Notes: generated from the sequence alone by a model not told the origin. A stretch of DNA of 64,000 bases from an uncultured Actinomycetes bacterium (GCA_963821325.1 CAWGDC010000006.1:474060-538059); one strand, 5' to 3'. Shown: positions 1 to 9,131, numbered from the stretch's first letter. Translations and numbers: made by a program.

Positions 1-112
1 CCGGGACAGCGCCGCGGTAGTAGGTCACCCCCTGGATGAGGCTGCACGCGCAGTTGCCGACTCCGGCGATCGCGACACGCACCGTGCGGGTGGCGTTGGG
101 TTGGGCGGTCAT
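1..112 (-). CDS. ino1: inositol-3-phosphate synthase, N-terminal fragment (gene runs off the window start)
   Basis: Reverse-strand ATG (rc of 110-112) preceded by GGAGGA (rc of 117-122). Hand translation [34 protein letters not shown] matches the VRVAI.GVGNCASSL.QG..YY N-terminus of actinobacterial Ino1. It lies directly downstream of a PadR gene, as in mycobacteria. Confidence 0.7.
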   Translation of the reverse strand, partial: MTAQPNATRTVRVAIAGVGNCACSLIQGVTYYRGAVP

Positions 113-121
113 CGGTTCCTC

Positions 122-766
122 CTAAACAGCGGGGCGGACGGCCCCCGGGGTGTCCCCGGCGTGGGCCGCCTCCTCCGCGGTGATCAGCTCGTCGACCCAC
201 TCGAGGTCGCGTTCGGTGGACTTCGTCCGGTGCTCCACGAGCGAGCGCGTGTAGCGGTCGTCTCGTGCGGCGCGGCTGTGCCGCTGACGCTCCAGGCGCT
301 CGGCGAGCACCCGGCGTCGCCGGCTGAGCAGCGTCAAGCGCTCGTCGGGTGCCAGGTGCCGACAGAACGCGAGCTTCACGGCGAAGGCCTTCTCGTCGTC
401 GCCGTGCGCGTCGTCGTCCAAGAGCAGCTCGGCGAACAGCGCTTCGCCGGCGGGCGTGATCTGGTACGCCTTGCGGGTCCGTCGACCCGAGCCCGAGAGG
501 CGCCCGGCCATGGTCCGCAGCCGGGCTGCGGCCAGGTCCCCGGTCAGCGACCCGGTCGGCGTCGGCACTGCGACCGGCGGGGCGGCCACGCTCGCGATCG
601 CGCCCGCCCGCTCCAAGCGGCGCAGCGCCGGGTACAGCGACCCGTACGAGACGCCCCAGAGGAACCCGAGCGTCTCGCCGAGGCGCTTCTTCAGCTCGTA
701 GCCGTGCAGCGGCTGATCCTTCAGCAAGCCGAGCACCGCCAGCTCCAGCACAGAGGACTCCTTCAG
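122..766 (-). CDS. PadR family transcriptional regulator
   Basis: ORF 122..958(-). The conserved winged-helix part starts at LKESSVLELAVLGLLKDQPLHGYELKKRL...GSLYPALRRLERAG. A CTG at 766 is chosen as start because the upstream 64 aa are Arg/Gly/Pro-rich and overlap the operator-like AT-rich repeat. Confidence 0.85.
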   Translation of the reverse strand: MKESSVLELAVLGLLKDQPLHGYELKKRLGETLGFLWGVSYGSLYPALRRLERAGAIASVAAPPVAVPTPTGSLTGDLAAARLRTMAGRLSGSGRRTRKAYQITPAGEALFAELLLDDDAHGDDEKAFAVKLAFCRHLAPDERLTLLSRRRRVLAERLERQRHSRAARDDRYTRSLVEHRTKSTERDLEWVDELITAEEAAHAGDTPGAVRPAV

Positions 767-773
767 CGACCGT

Positions 774-796
774 CGATATATCGGGCCGATATATCG
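774..796. promoter_or_regulatory. tandem palindromes CGATATATCG-GGC-CGATATATCG in the PadR / DUF5318 divergent region (putative PadR operator)
   Basis: Read directly: 774-783 and 787-796 are identical 10-nt perfect palindromes. The patch is AT-rich in GC-rich DNA and lies 8 nt upstream of the PadR start. Confidence 0.5.
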
Positions 797-927
797 AACA
801 GCAGTATGGCGGCTCGATGGGCCGCGAGCAAGCCGGGTGCCCGACCTGCCCCTGGGCCGGATCGGGGCCGGCGGCCCGCCAACGATGGCCCCAAGCACGG
901 CGCCTGGCCGTGCGTACACTCGCCCCC

Positions 928-1293
928 GTGCGCCGGCACGTCGACTACGCCCTGGCACGGCGGGCCGTGCTGCGCGACCTCCGCGCCGGGCGCCTCGAGC
1001 GCGACGACGTCTGCGACGCCCACCCCGAGCTGCTGCGGGCCGGCCGCCACATCGGCCAGGAGGCCCCGACCCCCTGCCCGATCTGCGGCCACCGCAGCCT
1101 CCGGCTCGTCTCCTACGTGTACGGCGACGCCCTCGCCCGAGCCAACGGCCGCTGCATCACCTCCCACGACGAGCTCGAGCGACTCGGCGCCACCCACGAG
1201 GAGTTCACCCGCTACGTCGTCGAGGTCTGCCTCGACTGCCACTGGAACCATCTGCAGCGCCACGAGCTGCACGGGCGCCGCCACGCCGGCTGA
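928..1293 (+). CDS. DUF5318-like conserved actinobacterial protein (Cys-rich, PadR-associated)
   Basis: ORF 817..1293(+). The conserved part begins VRRHVDYALARRAVLRDLRAGR and contains CPICG...C.DCHWNH. GTG at 928 is taken as start; the ORF start at 817 is also possible. Confidence 0.65.
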   Translation: MRRHVDYALARRAVLRDLRAGRLERDDVCDAHPELLRAGRHIGQEAPTPCPICGHRSLRLVSYVYGDALARANGRCITSHDELERLGATHEEFTRYVVEVCLDCHWNHLQRHELHGRRHAG

Positions 1294-1363
1294 CCGCCCA
1301 CCGCGGATTACGCTGCGGGTGCCGCCGGGAGCCGTGTGAGCCCTGGACGGTGGAGATGAGGCG

Positions 1364-2243
1364 ATGACCGACCCGACCGCGTCCCGTCGGACGACCGCGC
1401 CCGCGGTGAGCCGCGCCAAAGGCGACGACACGCCCCTCGTGATGGTGACCGCGTACGACGCACCGTCCGCCCGTGCCGTCGACGCCGCCGGCGTCGACAT
1501 GATCCTCGTCGGCGATTCGGTCGCGATGGTCGTCCTCGGCTACGACGACACGCTGCAGGTCAGCACCGCCGACCTCGCCCACCACGTCGGCGCCGTCGCC
1601 CGCACCCGGCCGACGGCGCTCGTCGTCGCCGACCTGCCGTGGATGAGCTACCACCTCGGGCGCCGACGACGCCGTCCGCAACGCCGCCACCCTCGTGCGC
1701 GCCGGCGCGGGCGCCGTCAAGCTCGAAGGCGGCCGCAAGCGGCTCCCCGTCGTCACCGCCATCCTCGACGCCGAGATCCCCGTCATGGGCCACCTCGGCC
1801 TCACCCCGCAGTCGTTCCACACCCTCGGCGGGTACCGCGTCCAAGGCCGCGACCTCGACGCGGCCCGCGCCATCGTCGACGACGCCATCGCCCTCGGCGA
1901 CGCCGGCTGCTTCGCGATCGTGCTCGAGTGCGTCCCCGACGCCGTCGCCCGCCTCGTGACCGACAGCGTCGCCGTCCCGACCATCGGGATCGGCGCCGGC
2001 CGCCACTGCGACGGGCAGGTCCTCGTCTTCCACGACCTCGTCGGCCTCGAGACGCGCGTCACCCCCAAGTTCGTCCGCCGCTACGCCGACCTGGCCGGCG
2101 ACGCCACGGCCGCCGTCACCCGGTTCGCCGACGACGTGCGCGCCGGCCGCTTCCCGTCCAGCGACGAGACGTACCACGCCGCCGACGGGGTCGCCGACGC
2201 GCTCCGCCTCTACGGCGGCTCCCCCGAGCACGCCCCCGCGTGA
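1364..2243 (+). CDS. panB: 3-methyl-2-oxobutanoate hydroxymethyltransferase (apparent frameshift near 1655-1662)
   Basis: The N-terminal part is in the frame of ORF 1364 (PLVMVTAYDAPSARAVDAAGVDMILVGDSVAMVVLGYDDT...LPWMSYHLG). The C-terminal part is in the frame of ORF 1695..2243 (ADDAVRNAATLVRAGAGAVKLEGG...IGIGAGRHCDGQVLV). The two frames join at about 1655-1662. Confidence 0.85.
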
Positions 2244-2725
2244 CGCGGGCCGCGGCCGCGCTCGTCGGTGCCGGCCTGGCGCTGACCCTCCTCGGCGCGC
2301 CGCCCGCCGGGGCCACCGCCCCGCCGGTCAGCAGCGCCGTGCTCGCCGCGACCCCCGCCAGCGCCCCGTTCCCCGACCTGACCGCGACGACCGTCCACCT
2401 CGGCGGGCGGGTGGTCTTCGTCGTCATCGCCCAGACCGAGGGCGAACGCGAGGCGGGGCTGCGTCAACAGGCGACGCTCGGTCCCTACGGCGGGATGCTC
2501 TTCGTGTTCGGCAGCGACAGCAGCGTCGGGTTCACCATGTCGACCGTGCCCGTGGCGCTCGACATCGGCTTCTACGGCGCCAACGGCCGCACCGTCGACC
2601 GGCTCCGGATGCGGCCCTGCCCGCACCCCGAATCCGAGTGCCCCGTGTACCAGGCCCGCCACAGCTTCCGGTACGCCGTCGAGACCCTCGCCGGGCGACT
2701 CCCCCGGGGCACCCTCACTGGCTGA
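2240..2725 (+). CDS. DUF192-like secreted protein
   Basis: GTG at 2240 overlaps the panB stop (GTGA). There is a signal-like N-terminus (AAALVGAGLALTLLGAPPAGA), then GMLFVF...GFTMSTVPVALDIGFY...CP.Y, typical of DUF192. Confidence 0.65.
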   Translation: MTRAAAALVGAGLALTLLGAPPAGATAPPVSSAVLAATPASAPFPDLTATTVHLGGRVVFVVIAQTEGEREAGLRQQATLGPYGGMLFVFGSDSSVGFTMSTVPVALDIGFYGANGRTVDRLRMRPCPHPESECPVYQARHSFRYAVETLAGRLPRGTLTG

Positions 2726-2743
2726 GACGGTCACACCCCGTCC

Positions 2744-2777
2744 GTAGGATCCGTCCCGGAACCGGCAAGTAGGATCC
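2744..2777 (+). repeat. direct repeat GTAGGATCC x2 upstream of rpsF (possible tandem TAGGAT -10 boxes)
   Basis: Read directly: GTAGGATCC occurs at 2744-2752 and 2769-2777 (25-nt period), 130-165 nt upstream of the rpsF ATG. Confidence 0.5.
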
Positions 2778-2909
2778 AGCCCTCGAGCAATCCATGTCCT
2801 GCTCACCGCCCCGGCGTGTCTCACGACACGGCGGCCCCCGGTGAGCCCGCGGGCGATGCGGCGGTCCGCCGCCGCCATCCAGTCCGCCGGTCCGAAGGAG
2901 GCACGGCCC

Positions 2910-3236
2910 ATGCGGCCGTACGAAGTCATGGTCATCTACGACGCCGACCTCGACGAGGCCGACATCCGGTCCGCGGTCGGTCAGGCGACCACGCTGCTCA
3001 CCTCGAAGGGCGCCGAGCTCGGTCCGGTCGACTACTGGGGCAAGCGCACCTTCGCCTACCGGCTCAAGCGGCGCTGGGAGGGCTACTACGTCGTCCTCCA
3101 AGCCCGCGCCGAACCCGACGCCATGGCCGAGCTCGGCCGGACGCTCACCCTCGCCGACGAGGTGCTGCGCCACAAGGTCCTGCGGATACCCGACGGGGTG
3201 TACGGCTCGACGCTCGGCACGCCGGCGGGCGACTAG
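2910..3236 (+). CDS. rpsF: 30S ribosomal protein S6
   Basis: An internal ATG at 2910 is preceded by GAAGGAGG (2894-2901). MRPYEVMVIYDADLDEADI...YWGKRTFAY is a canonical S6 sequence. Confidence 0.95.
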   Translation: MRPYEVMVIYDADLDEADIRSAVGQATTLLTSKGAELGPVDYWGKRTFAYRLKRRWEGYYVVLQARAEPDAMAELGRTLTLADEVLRHKVLRIPDGVYGSTLGTPAGD

Positions 3237-3278
3237 GGAGCGAGCCTGGTCGCGGCCAGGCCGACAGAGGAGGTCCAC

Positions 3279-3755
3279 ATGGCCGACAGCACCGTCACGA
3301 TCGTGGGAAACGTCACCCGTGATCCCGAGATGCGCTACACCCCGAGCGGGGTCGCGAAGGCAACGTTCGGCGTCGCGGTCAGCCGACGCTGGCAGAACCG
3401 CAACACCCACGAATGGGAGGAGCAGACCAGCTTCTTCAACGTCGTGTGCTGGCGCGAGATGGCCGAGAACGTCTGCGAGTCCATCGGCAAAGGCGCACGG
3501 ATCGTGGTGAACGGCCGCCTCGAGCAGCGCTCCTGGGAGACCGAGAACGGCGACAAGCGAAGCGTCGTCGAGATCGTCGCCGACGACATCGGCCCGAGCC
3601 TCCGCTGGGCGACCGCCGAGGTTCGCCGCAACGAGCGCCGCGGCAGCTTCGACAGCGGCGGCGGCGCCGGCGGTGGCGGTGGCGGTGGCGGGGAGCGCGT
3701 GACCGCGCCGGCCGGTGGCACGGGCAGCACGGACGACATGGAGGAACCCTTCTAA
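3279..3755 (+). CDS. ssb: single-stranded DNA-binding protein
   Basis: ORF 3279..3755. It has the OB-fold N-terminus [18 protein letters not shown], a Gly-rich linker and the acidic tail DDMEEPF. Confidence 0.95.
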   Translation: MADSTVTIVGNVTRDPEMRYTPSGVAKATFGVAVSRRWQNRNTHEWEEQTSFFNVVCWREMAENVCESIGKGARIVVNGRLEQRSWETENGDKRSVVEIVADDIGPSLRWATAEVRRNERRGSFDSGGGAGGGGGGGGERVTAPAGGTGSTDDMEEPF

Positions 3756-3757
3756 CC

Positions 3758-4216
3758 ATGGCCAGACCACGGCGTCCGAAGCGCGACGCACCCGAACGCA
3801 AACCCAAGAAGAAGGTGTCGATCCTCGACAGCGAGGGCATCGCCTGGGTCGACTACAAGGACGTGGCGCTCCTGCGCCGGTTCATGTCCGAACGGGCCAA
3901 GATCCGGGCGCGGCGCGTGACCGGCAACGACGCGCAGCAGCAGCGCGCCGTCGCCCGGGCGATCCGCGTCGCCCGGGAGATGGCCCTCCTGCCCTACTCG
4001 GTCCGCCAGGTCACCCACCGCAGCAAGGGCAAACGCGATCGCGGCGACGGCGACCGCGGGCCCCGCAGCGACAGCCCGGCGCCGAGCCCGACCGACGCCG
4101 ACGCCCCGCCCCGCCCACCCGACGTCGAGCCCAGCGAGGACGGCGACGTCACGGCGCCGCCGGTCCCGGCCGAGGCGGCCGCCGGGCCGGCGCCCGAGGG
4201 TGAGAGCGCGGCATGA
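3758..4216 (+). CDS. rpsR: 30S ribosomal protein S18 with about 65-aa C-terminal extension
   Basis: ATG at 3758, 2 nt after the ssb stop. The S18 core reads [29 protein letters not shown]...[20 protein letters not shown] and is followed by a D/P/A/E/R-rich tail to 152 aa. Confidence 0.9.
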   Translation: MARPRRPKRDAPERKPKKKVSILDSEGIAWVDYKDVALLRRFMSERAKIRARRVTGNDAQQQRAVARAIRVAREMALLPYSVRQVTHRSKGKRDRGDGDRGPRSDSPAPSPTDADAPPRPPDVEPSEDGDVTAPPVPAEAAAGPAPEGESAA

Positions 4217-4658
4217 AGGTCGTGCTGCGCGCCGACGTGGAGCATCTCGGCCGCAAAGGCGACCTGCTCGAGGTCACGGACGGCTACGCCCGCAACTACC
4301 TCGTGCCCCGCGGCATGGCCATCAAGGCCACGAAGGGCGCCATCGCGCAGGCGGAGGCGATGCGCCGCAACCGGGCGGTGCGCGACACCCGCGACCGTGA
4401 GTCGGCCGAAGCCGCCGCGGCCCTCCTCGGCGCCCAGCCGCTGCGCATCGCCGCCGCGCCGGCGAGGGCGGGAAGCTGTTCGGGTCGGTGACGAACGCCG
4501 ACGTCGCCGCCGCGGTGCACGACCAGCTCGGGATCGAGCTCGACCGGCGCACCATCGAGCTCGCGGAGCCGATCCGCGACCTCGGGGCCACCGACGTCGT
4601 CGTGCGCCTCCACCCCGACGTCCCCGCCACCCTCCACGTCGAGGTCGCCGCCGAGTAG
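4213..4658 (+). CDS. rplI: 50S ribosomal protein L9 (apparent 1-nt deletion near 4455)
   Basis: The gene opens [36 protein letters not shown]. After LRIAA the frame breaks, and the next frame reads [32 protein letters not shown]...HVEVAAE* ending at 4658. The span is 446 nt, not a multiple of 3. Confidence 0.85.
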
Positions 4659-4716
4659 CCCTGTCACACCCGCGGGCGACGCTCCGGTGGTGCGCCCGCC
4701 CGTTCTCCCCATGCCT

Positions 4717-4741
4717 GGGGATGACCAGCCCCGTCATCCCC
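4717..4741 (+). terminator. GC-rich hairpin after rplI (GGGGATGAC-cagcccc-GTCATCCCC)
   Basis: Read directly: a perfect 9-bp stem with a 7-nt loop lies 59 nt after the rplI stop, and a TTTT run follows about 15 nt downstream. The terminator role is inferred. Confidence 0.4.
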
Positions 4742-4855
4742 CGCAATTCACAGGGTTTTCCGTCTACCGATCCCCAAGCTCGAGCGCTCATGCTGGCGCT
4801 CCTGGCATGGGGTTGAACGTCCGGTAGACGGGCGGCGAACGGGAGCAGGACGCCG

Positions 4856-6211
4856 GTGGTGCAGGCGCTCGAACCAGTGCGGCGCTCCGGGCGCGTCCCG
4901 CCGCACAACCTCGAAGCCGAAGAATCCCTGCTCGGCGCGATGCTGCTCACCCGCGACGCCGTCACCGCCGCCGTCGAGACCGGCGTCGACGCCGGCGACT
5001 TCTACAAGCCGGCCCACGGCCACGTCTTCGAAGCCGTCCTCACCCTCTACGGCCAAGGCGAGCCGATCGACCCCGTCACCGTCGCCGAGGAGCTCCGACG
5101 CGCCGACCTGCTCGAAACCCTCGGGGGCCGCCCGACACTGCTGCGCCTCCAAGCTGCGACCCCCGCCTCGGCGAACGCCAGCCATTACGCCAAGATCGTC
5201 AACGAGCTCGCGCTGCTGCGCCGCCTCATCGGCGTGGCCGGGGACATCGCCGAGATGGGCTACGACGACTCCCAAGACGTCGTCGAGACCATCGACCGCG
5301 CCGAAGCGCTCGTCTTCGAGGTCGCGGAGCACCGCGTCGCCGAGTCCATGGTCAAGATGTCCGACGCGCTGCAAGACACGCTCGACGAGCTCGAAGCGCT
5401 CTACGCGAGCACCGGCGAGATCACCGGAGTGCCGACCGGCTACACCGACCTCGACCGGCTCCTCCTTGGTCTCCAGCCCTCGAACCTCGTGGTGGTCGCA
5501 GCCCGCCCCGGCGCCGGCAAGACGAGCCTGGCGCTCGGCGCCGCCGCGAACGTCGCGATGGTGTCCCGCAAGCCCGTCCTCTTCTTCTCGATGGAGATGG
5601 GCACGCTCGAGCTCACGAAGCGGCTCCTGGCCGGCGAAGCGCGCGTCGACGCCCGACGCCTCCAGACCGGCAACATCCCCGAGCAGGACTGGACCCGCCT
5701 CAGCCACGCGGTCGGTCGCCTCGCCGAGGCCCCCCTCTTCATCGACGACAACCCGCACTGCACGGTCATGGAGATGCGAGCCAAAGCCCGACGCACCAAG
5801 GCCAAGCACGGCGACCTCGGTCTCGTCGTGGTCGACTACCTACAGCTCATGACCCCGATGGGCAAGCGGGCCGAGAACCGCCAGGTCGAGGTCGCCGAGA
5901 TCTCCCGCGGCTTGAAGATCCTGGCCCGCGAGCTGCACTGCCCGGTCATGGCCTGCTCGCAGCTGAACCGCCAGCTCGAGTACCGGCAGGACAAGCGGCC
6001 GATGCTCGCCGACCTCCGCGAGTCCGGCTCCCTCGAGCAGGACGCCGACGTCGTCGCCTTCATCTACCGCGACGACATCTACAACCCGGACTCCGACCAG
6101 CGCGGCACCGCGGAGATCATCGTCGCCAAGCACCGCAACGGACCCACCGGCACCACCCGGCTCGCGTTCGTCGACCGGCTGACGAAGTTCGCCGACATGG
6201 CGCCCGACTAG
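4856..6211 (+). CDS. dnaB: replicative DNA helicase DnaB
   Basis: ORF 4856..6211, 451 aa. It has PPHNLEAEESLLGAML, Walker A GARPGAGKTS, and the SQLNR and ADVV motifs. Its length argues against an intein. Confidence 0.95.
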   Translation: MVQALEPVRRSGRVPPHNLEAEESLLGAMLLTRDAVTAAVETGVDAGDFYKPAHGHVFEAVLTLYGQGEPIDPVTVAEELRRADLLETLGGRPTLLRLQAATPASANASHYAKIVNELALLRRLIGVAGDIAEMGYDDSQDVVETIDRAEALVFEVAEHRVAESMVKMSDALQDTLDELEALYASTGEITGVPTGYTDLDRLLLGLQPSNLVVVAARPGAGKTSLALGAAANVAMVSRKPVLFFSMEMGTLELTKRLLAGEARVDARRLQTGNIPEQDWTRLSHAVGRLAEAPLFIDDNPHCTVMEMRAKARRTKAKHGDLGLVVVDYLQLMTPMGKRAENRQVEVAEISRGLKILARELHCPVMACSQLNRQLEYRQDKRPMLADLRESGSLEQDADVVAFIYRDDIYNPDSDQRGTAEIIVAKHRNGPTGTTRLAFVDRLTKFADMAPD

Positions 6212-6341
6212 CCAGACCACGACCCGCCGCCGGTCGCTTGACTCGTTAGAAATCCCTTGGGGCTACTACCTCGAGAGCCTCCGGCGCCTGTGCGCCACCG
6301 GCACCGGCCAACCGTTCCGCCCCGCGACCTGAAGGACCGGC

Positions 6342-7028
6342 GTGCACCAGACCCGACTCGACGAGCCGTCCGACTACCGCGACCGGCGCGAAGCGCTGCG
6401 CCTCGCTGAGATCGAGCTCATGCGCCAGCGCGAGCGCGTCGCCGCGCTCCGCCGCGCCCTGCCTCCCGGCGCGCTCGTCGACGACTACGTCTTCGAGGAA
6501 GGGCCGGCACGCCTCGACGACGGGGACACGCCGACCACCACGGTCCGGCTCACCGAGCTGTTCCGCTCGCCGTCCCGGCCGCTGCTCATCTACCACTTCA
6601 TGTACGGCAAGGCCCAGACCGAGGCCTGCCCGATGTGCACGCTCTGGATCGACGGGTTCAACAGCGTCGCGACCCACCTGGCCCAGAACGCCGACCTCGC
6701 GATCGCGGCCGCCGCCGACGTCCCGACCCTCCGCGCGCACGCGCGGCACCGCGGCTGGGACCGGCTCCGCCTCCTCAGCTGCGCCGGGAGCACCTTCAAG
6801 TACGACCTCGGCAGCGAGGACCCGGACGGCGTCCAGGACTCCACCATCTCGGTCTTCACCCTCGACCCCGACGGACGGCCGCGGCACACCTACACCGCGC
6901 ACCCGACCATGGCGCCCGACATCAACGAGCGAGGCATCGACCTGCTCTCGCCGGTCTGGCACCTCCTCGACCTCACGCCCCAGGGGCGCGGCGACTGGTA
7001 CGCGCGGCTCGAGTACCCGTCCACCTGA
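6342..7028 (+). CDS. DUF899-type thioredoxin-like protein
   Basis: ORF 6342..7028. It contains YRDRREALRLAEIELMRQRERVAALRRALP...DDYVF and a CPMC motif, typical of DUF899. Confidence 0.75.
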   Translation: MHQTRLDEPSDYRDRREALRLAEIELMRQRERVAALRRALPPGALVDDYVFEEGPARLDDGDTPTTTVRLTELFRSPSRPLLIYHFMYGKAQTEACPMCTLWIDGFNSVATHLAQNADLAIAAAADVPTLRAHARHRGWDRLRLLSCAGSTFKYDLGSEDPDGVQDSTISVFTLDPDGRPRHTYTAHPTMAPDINERGIDLLSPVWHLLDLTPQGRGDWYARLEYPST

Positions 7029-7040
7029 GCGGCCGGCGGG

Positions 7041-7604
7041 TCAGTGCTGACCGGGTCGCACGTCCTGCTCTGATCGGTGCCACACCGGGCTGTCGCCCGC
7101 CGTCTCGACGTTGAAGCCGTAGTCGAACGCGAGCGTGCCGCCGAGCGTGCCGCCGAGGACGGTCAGCGCCGCGGCCGCGAGGCTCAGCCCGAGCGCCACC
7201 CCCGGCGTCGAGTGCTGGCCCGGGTACGCGAGGATCCGCAGGGCGACGTTCACCAGGACGAGCGTCGTCACGGTCAGCATCGTGACGGCGTGCGCGTTGG
7301 CCGTCCGGCGGGCCTGGGTCCCGGCCTCCGTCGAGCGCAGCCAGTCCCAGAAGCCGGTGAGCGCGGCGAGGAGCGACACCGCGGCGCCGCCGACGAGCGC
7401 GAAGGTTCCGGCCCGGTAGAAGTCGCGGGCCCACGCGTTCGTGTGCCCGACGACCGAGACGAGGTCGAACCCGGCCACGAGCACGTACGCGCCGATCGGC
7501 ACGTCGGTCAGGGGCGGGTGCAGCGGCTTCCCGGCCCATCCGCGCAGCCCCTTGAAGGCGCGACCGCGCAGGGTGAGCGCCGGGCGGAACGAGAAGTGAC
7601 GCAT
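7041..7604 (-). CDS. DUF2231-like integral membrane protein
   Basis: This is the C-terminal 187 aa of ORF 7041..8606(-), starting at ATG (rc of 7602-7604) with GGAGG upstream. It has the GKPLHPPLTDVPIGAY motif and several TM helices. The remainder of that ORF overlaps the next gene out of frame. Confidence 0.7.
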   Translation of the reverse strand: MRHFSFRPALTLRGRAFKGLRGWAGKPLHPPLTDVPIGAYVLVAGFDLVSVVGHTNAWARDFYRAGTFALVGGAAVSLLAALTGFWDWLRSTEAGTQARRTANAHAVTMLTVTTLVLVNVALRILAYPGQHSTPGVALGLSLAAAALTVLGGTLGGTLAFDYGFNVETAGDSPVWHRSEQDVRPGQH

Positions 7605-7639
7605 CCGGGACCTCCTCGGGCTAGGCCTCGCAGGGTCGT

Positions 7640-8539
7640 TCAGGCGCGGGACATGGCTTGGTCGACGGCTGGGGTCGGCGGCGCCTGCGCGGCGCGAGAC
7701 CGTGCCAGCGCGATGAGTCCGACCAGCATCGCGAGGGCCGAGGCGGCGATGAGGATCCGGTCGCCATTGCCCCGCGCGTGGAGATGCTCCCGCAGGATCA
7801 CCAGTCCGACGACGGCCGCGACGACCGGCTCGGCGACCTCCATCGACGGCAGCGCGGCCGCGAGCGACCCGGCCTGGAGCGCGCTCTGCACCATCACGAG
7901 GCCGCTCAGCGACAGGACGGCGACGCCGTAGAGCTCCCAGTGCCAGAAGATGGAGATCGGGTTCTGACCCACGATGTGGACGACGACCTTCGTCAGCGCG
8001 GCGTTGACCCCGAAGGTCATGCCGCTCGCCAGTCCGAACAGCGTGGCCCGAGCGGGGCCGTGCACGTGGCGGCGGGTCAGCGCCGCGACCCCGACGACGA
8101 CGGCCAGCACCACGAGGGCGGGAGCCCAGGACGACGCCGAGACGGTCACGCGCCCCTCGCTCGGGGAGGCGACGGCGAGGAAGATCGAGAGGCCCGCGCA
8201 GAGCAGCGCGGCGGCGGCGAGGTCGGACTTGAAGAGCCGCCGATCGTTCACCTCGGCGTCGAGCAGCAGCGAGAACAGCAGCCCGAGCGCGCCGAGCGGC
8301 GCGACGACGAGCAGCGCGCCGAACGCCAACGCCGCGGCCTGGGCGCCGTAGCCGCCGACATCGGCCGCGAACCCGGCCAGCCAGACGGGGCGGCGAGCCA
8401 GGGTCACGAGCAGCTTGGGCCGCAAGGACTCGTCGGCGGGTGCCTGGGCCGCGACGCGCTGCTCGACGACGTTCGACGTCGCGAACAGCAGCGCGGACGT
8501 GAGGGCCAGCACGATCGCCAGCCCCAAGCTGAAGCTCAC
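7640..8539 (-). CDS. DMT-superfamily (EamA/NIPA-like) polytopic membrane protein
   Basis: ORF 7640..8629(-). The hydrophobic repeat structure has about 9-10 TM helices. GTG at 8539 (VSFSLGLAIVLAL...) is chosen as start. The family call is tentative. Confidence 0.55.
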   Translation of the reverse strand: MSFSLGLAIVLALTSALLFATSNVVEQRVAAQAPADESLRPKLLVTLARRPVWLAGFAADVGGYGAQAAALAFGALLVVAPLGALGLLFSLLLDAEVNDRRLFKSDLAAAALLCAGLSIFLAVASPSEGRVTVSASSWAPALVVLAVVVGVAALTRRHVHGPARATLFGLASGMTFGVNAALTKVVVHIVGQNPISIFWHWELYGVAVLSLSGLVMVQSALQAGSLAAALPSMEVAEPVVAAVVGLVILREHLHARGNGDRILIAASALAMLVGLIALARSRAAQAPPTPAVDQAMSRA

Positions 8540-8677
8540 CGCATGTCCCGCACGACCCTCGACACCATCGGGCGCCTTGGTCGGCCGCCCGGTCGGATCC
8601 CCGCACGGTAGCGAACCCGTGGCCCGCACCCCGCCGGTTCAGGGACGCGCGGCCGGGGAACCCACCACCGGCGGGTC

Positions 8678-8920
8678 TCAGTCAGGCGAGTCGCCATCCT
8701 CTGACCCGGGGGTCGGCTGCTCCGGCCGAGCCGACGGATCCGGGCCGTCGTCATCGATGAGCACGTGCAGCTCCTCGTCCAACCGCTCCCGCAACGCCCG
8801 CAGCTCTCGGAGGACCCTGGCCGTCTGGCGCGCGACCTTCGGCAGCTCCTGGGGGCCCAGCACGATCAGGGCGACCGTGAGGACGATGAGGATATGGACG
8901 GGCGACAGCAGGCCCGTCAT
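8678..8920 (-). CDS. tatB: Sec-independent translocase TatB-like protein
   Basis: ATG at 8920. MTGLLSPVHILIVLTVALIVLGPQELPKVARQTARVLRELR is the TatA/B N-terminal TM plus amphipathic helix, and an acidic tail follows. Confidence 0.7.
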   Translation of the reverse strand: MTGLLSPVHILIVLTVALIVLGPQELPKVARQTARVLRELRALRERLDEELHVLIDDDGPDPSARPEQPTPGSEDGDSPD

Positions 8921-8945
8921 GGTCGAGCCGTGCCCCGGACGCGGG

Positions 8946-9131
8946 TCAGGCGTCCTGGCCCTTCGCGTCGGTCTCGTCGCCCTCTTCGTGCAAGCCGCGC
9001 TTGAGCTCCCGGCTCGCCTGGCCGATCGAGCGGGCCAGCTTCGGAAGCTGCGAGCTGCCGAAGAGCAACGCGATGAGGCCGAGCACGAGGAGCGCCTCCC
9101 AACCGATGATCTCACCGAGGATCGGAGTCAT
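8946..9131 (-). CDS. tatA: twin-arginine translocase TatA/E
   Basis: ATG at 9131. The 61-aa protein reads MTPILGEIIGWEALLVLGLIALLFGSSQLPKLARSIGQASRELKRG. Confidence 0.85.
   Translation of the reverse strand: MTPILGEIIGWEALLVLGLIALLFGSSQLPKLARSIGQASRELKRGLHEEGDETDAKGQDA

Noticed and set aside
3655-3700. A GGC/GGT-rich run encoding GGGAGGGGGGGG in ssb, considered as a microsatellite or expansion.
   Set aside because: It is the normal glycine-rich flexible linker of SSB, in frame, with the canonical acidic tail following.
4856-6211. A possible intein in DnaB, which is common in actinobacteria.
   Set aside because: The 451-aa length is normal, and the helicase motifs are contiguous with no insertion.
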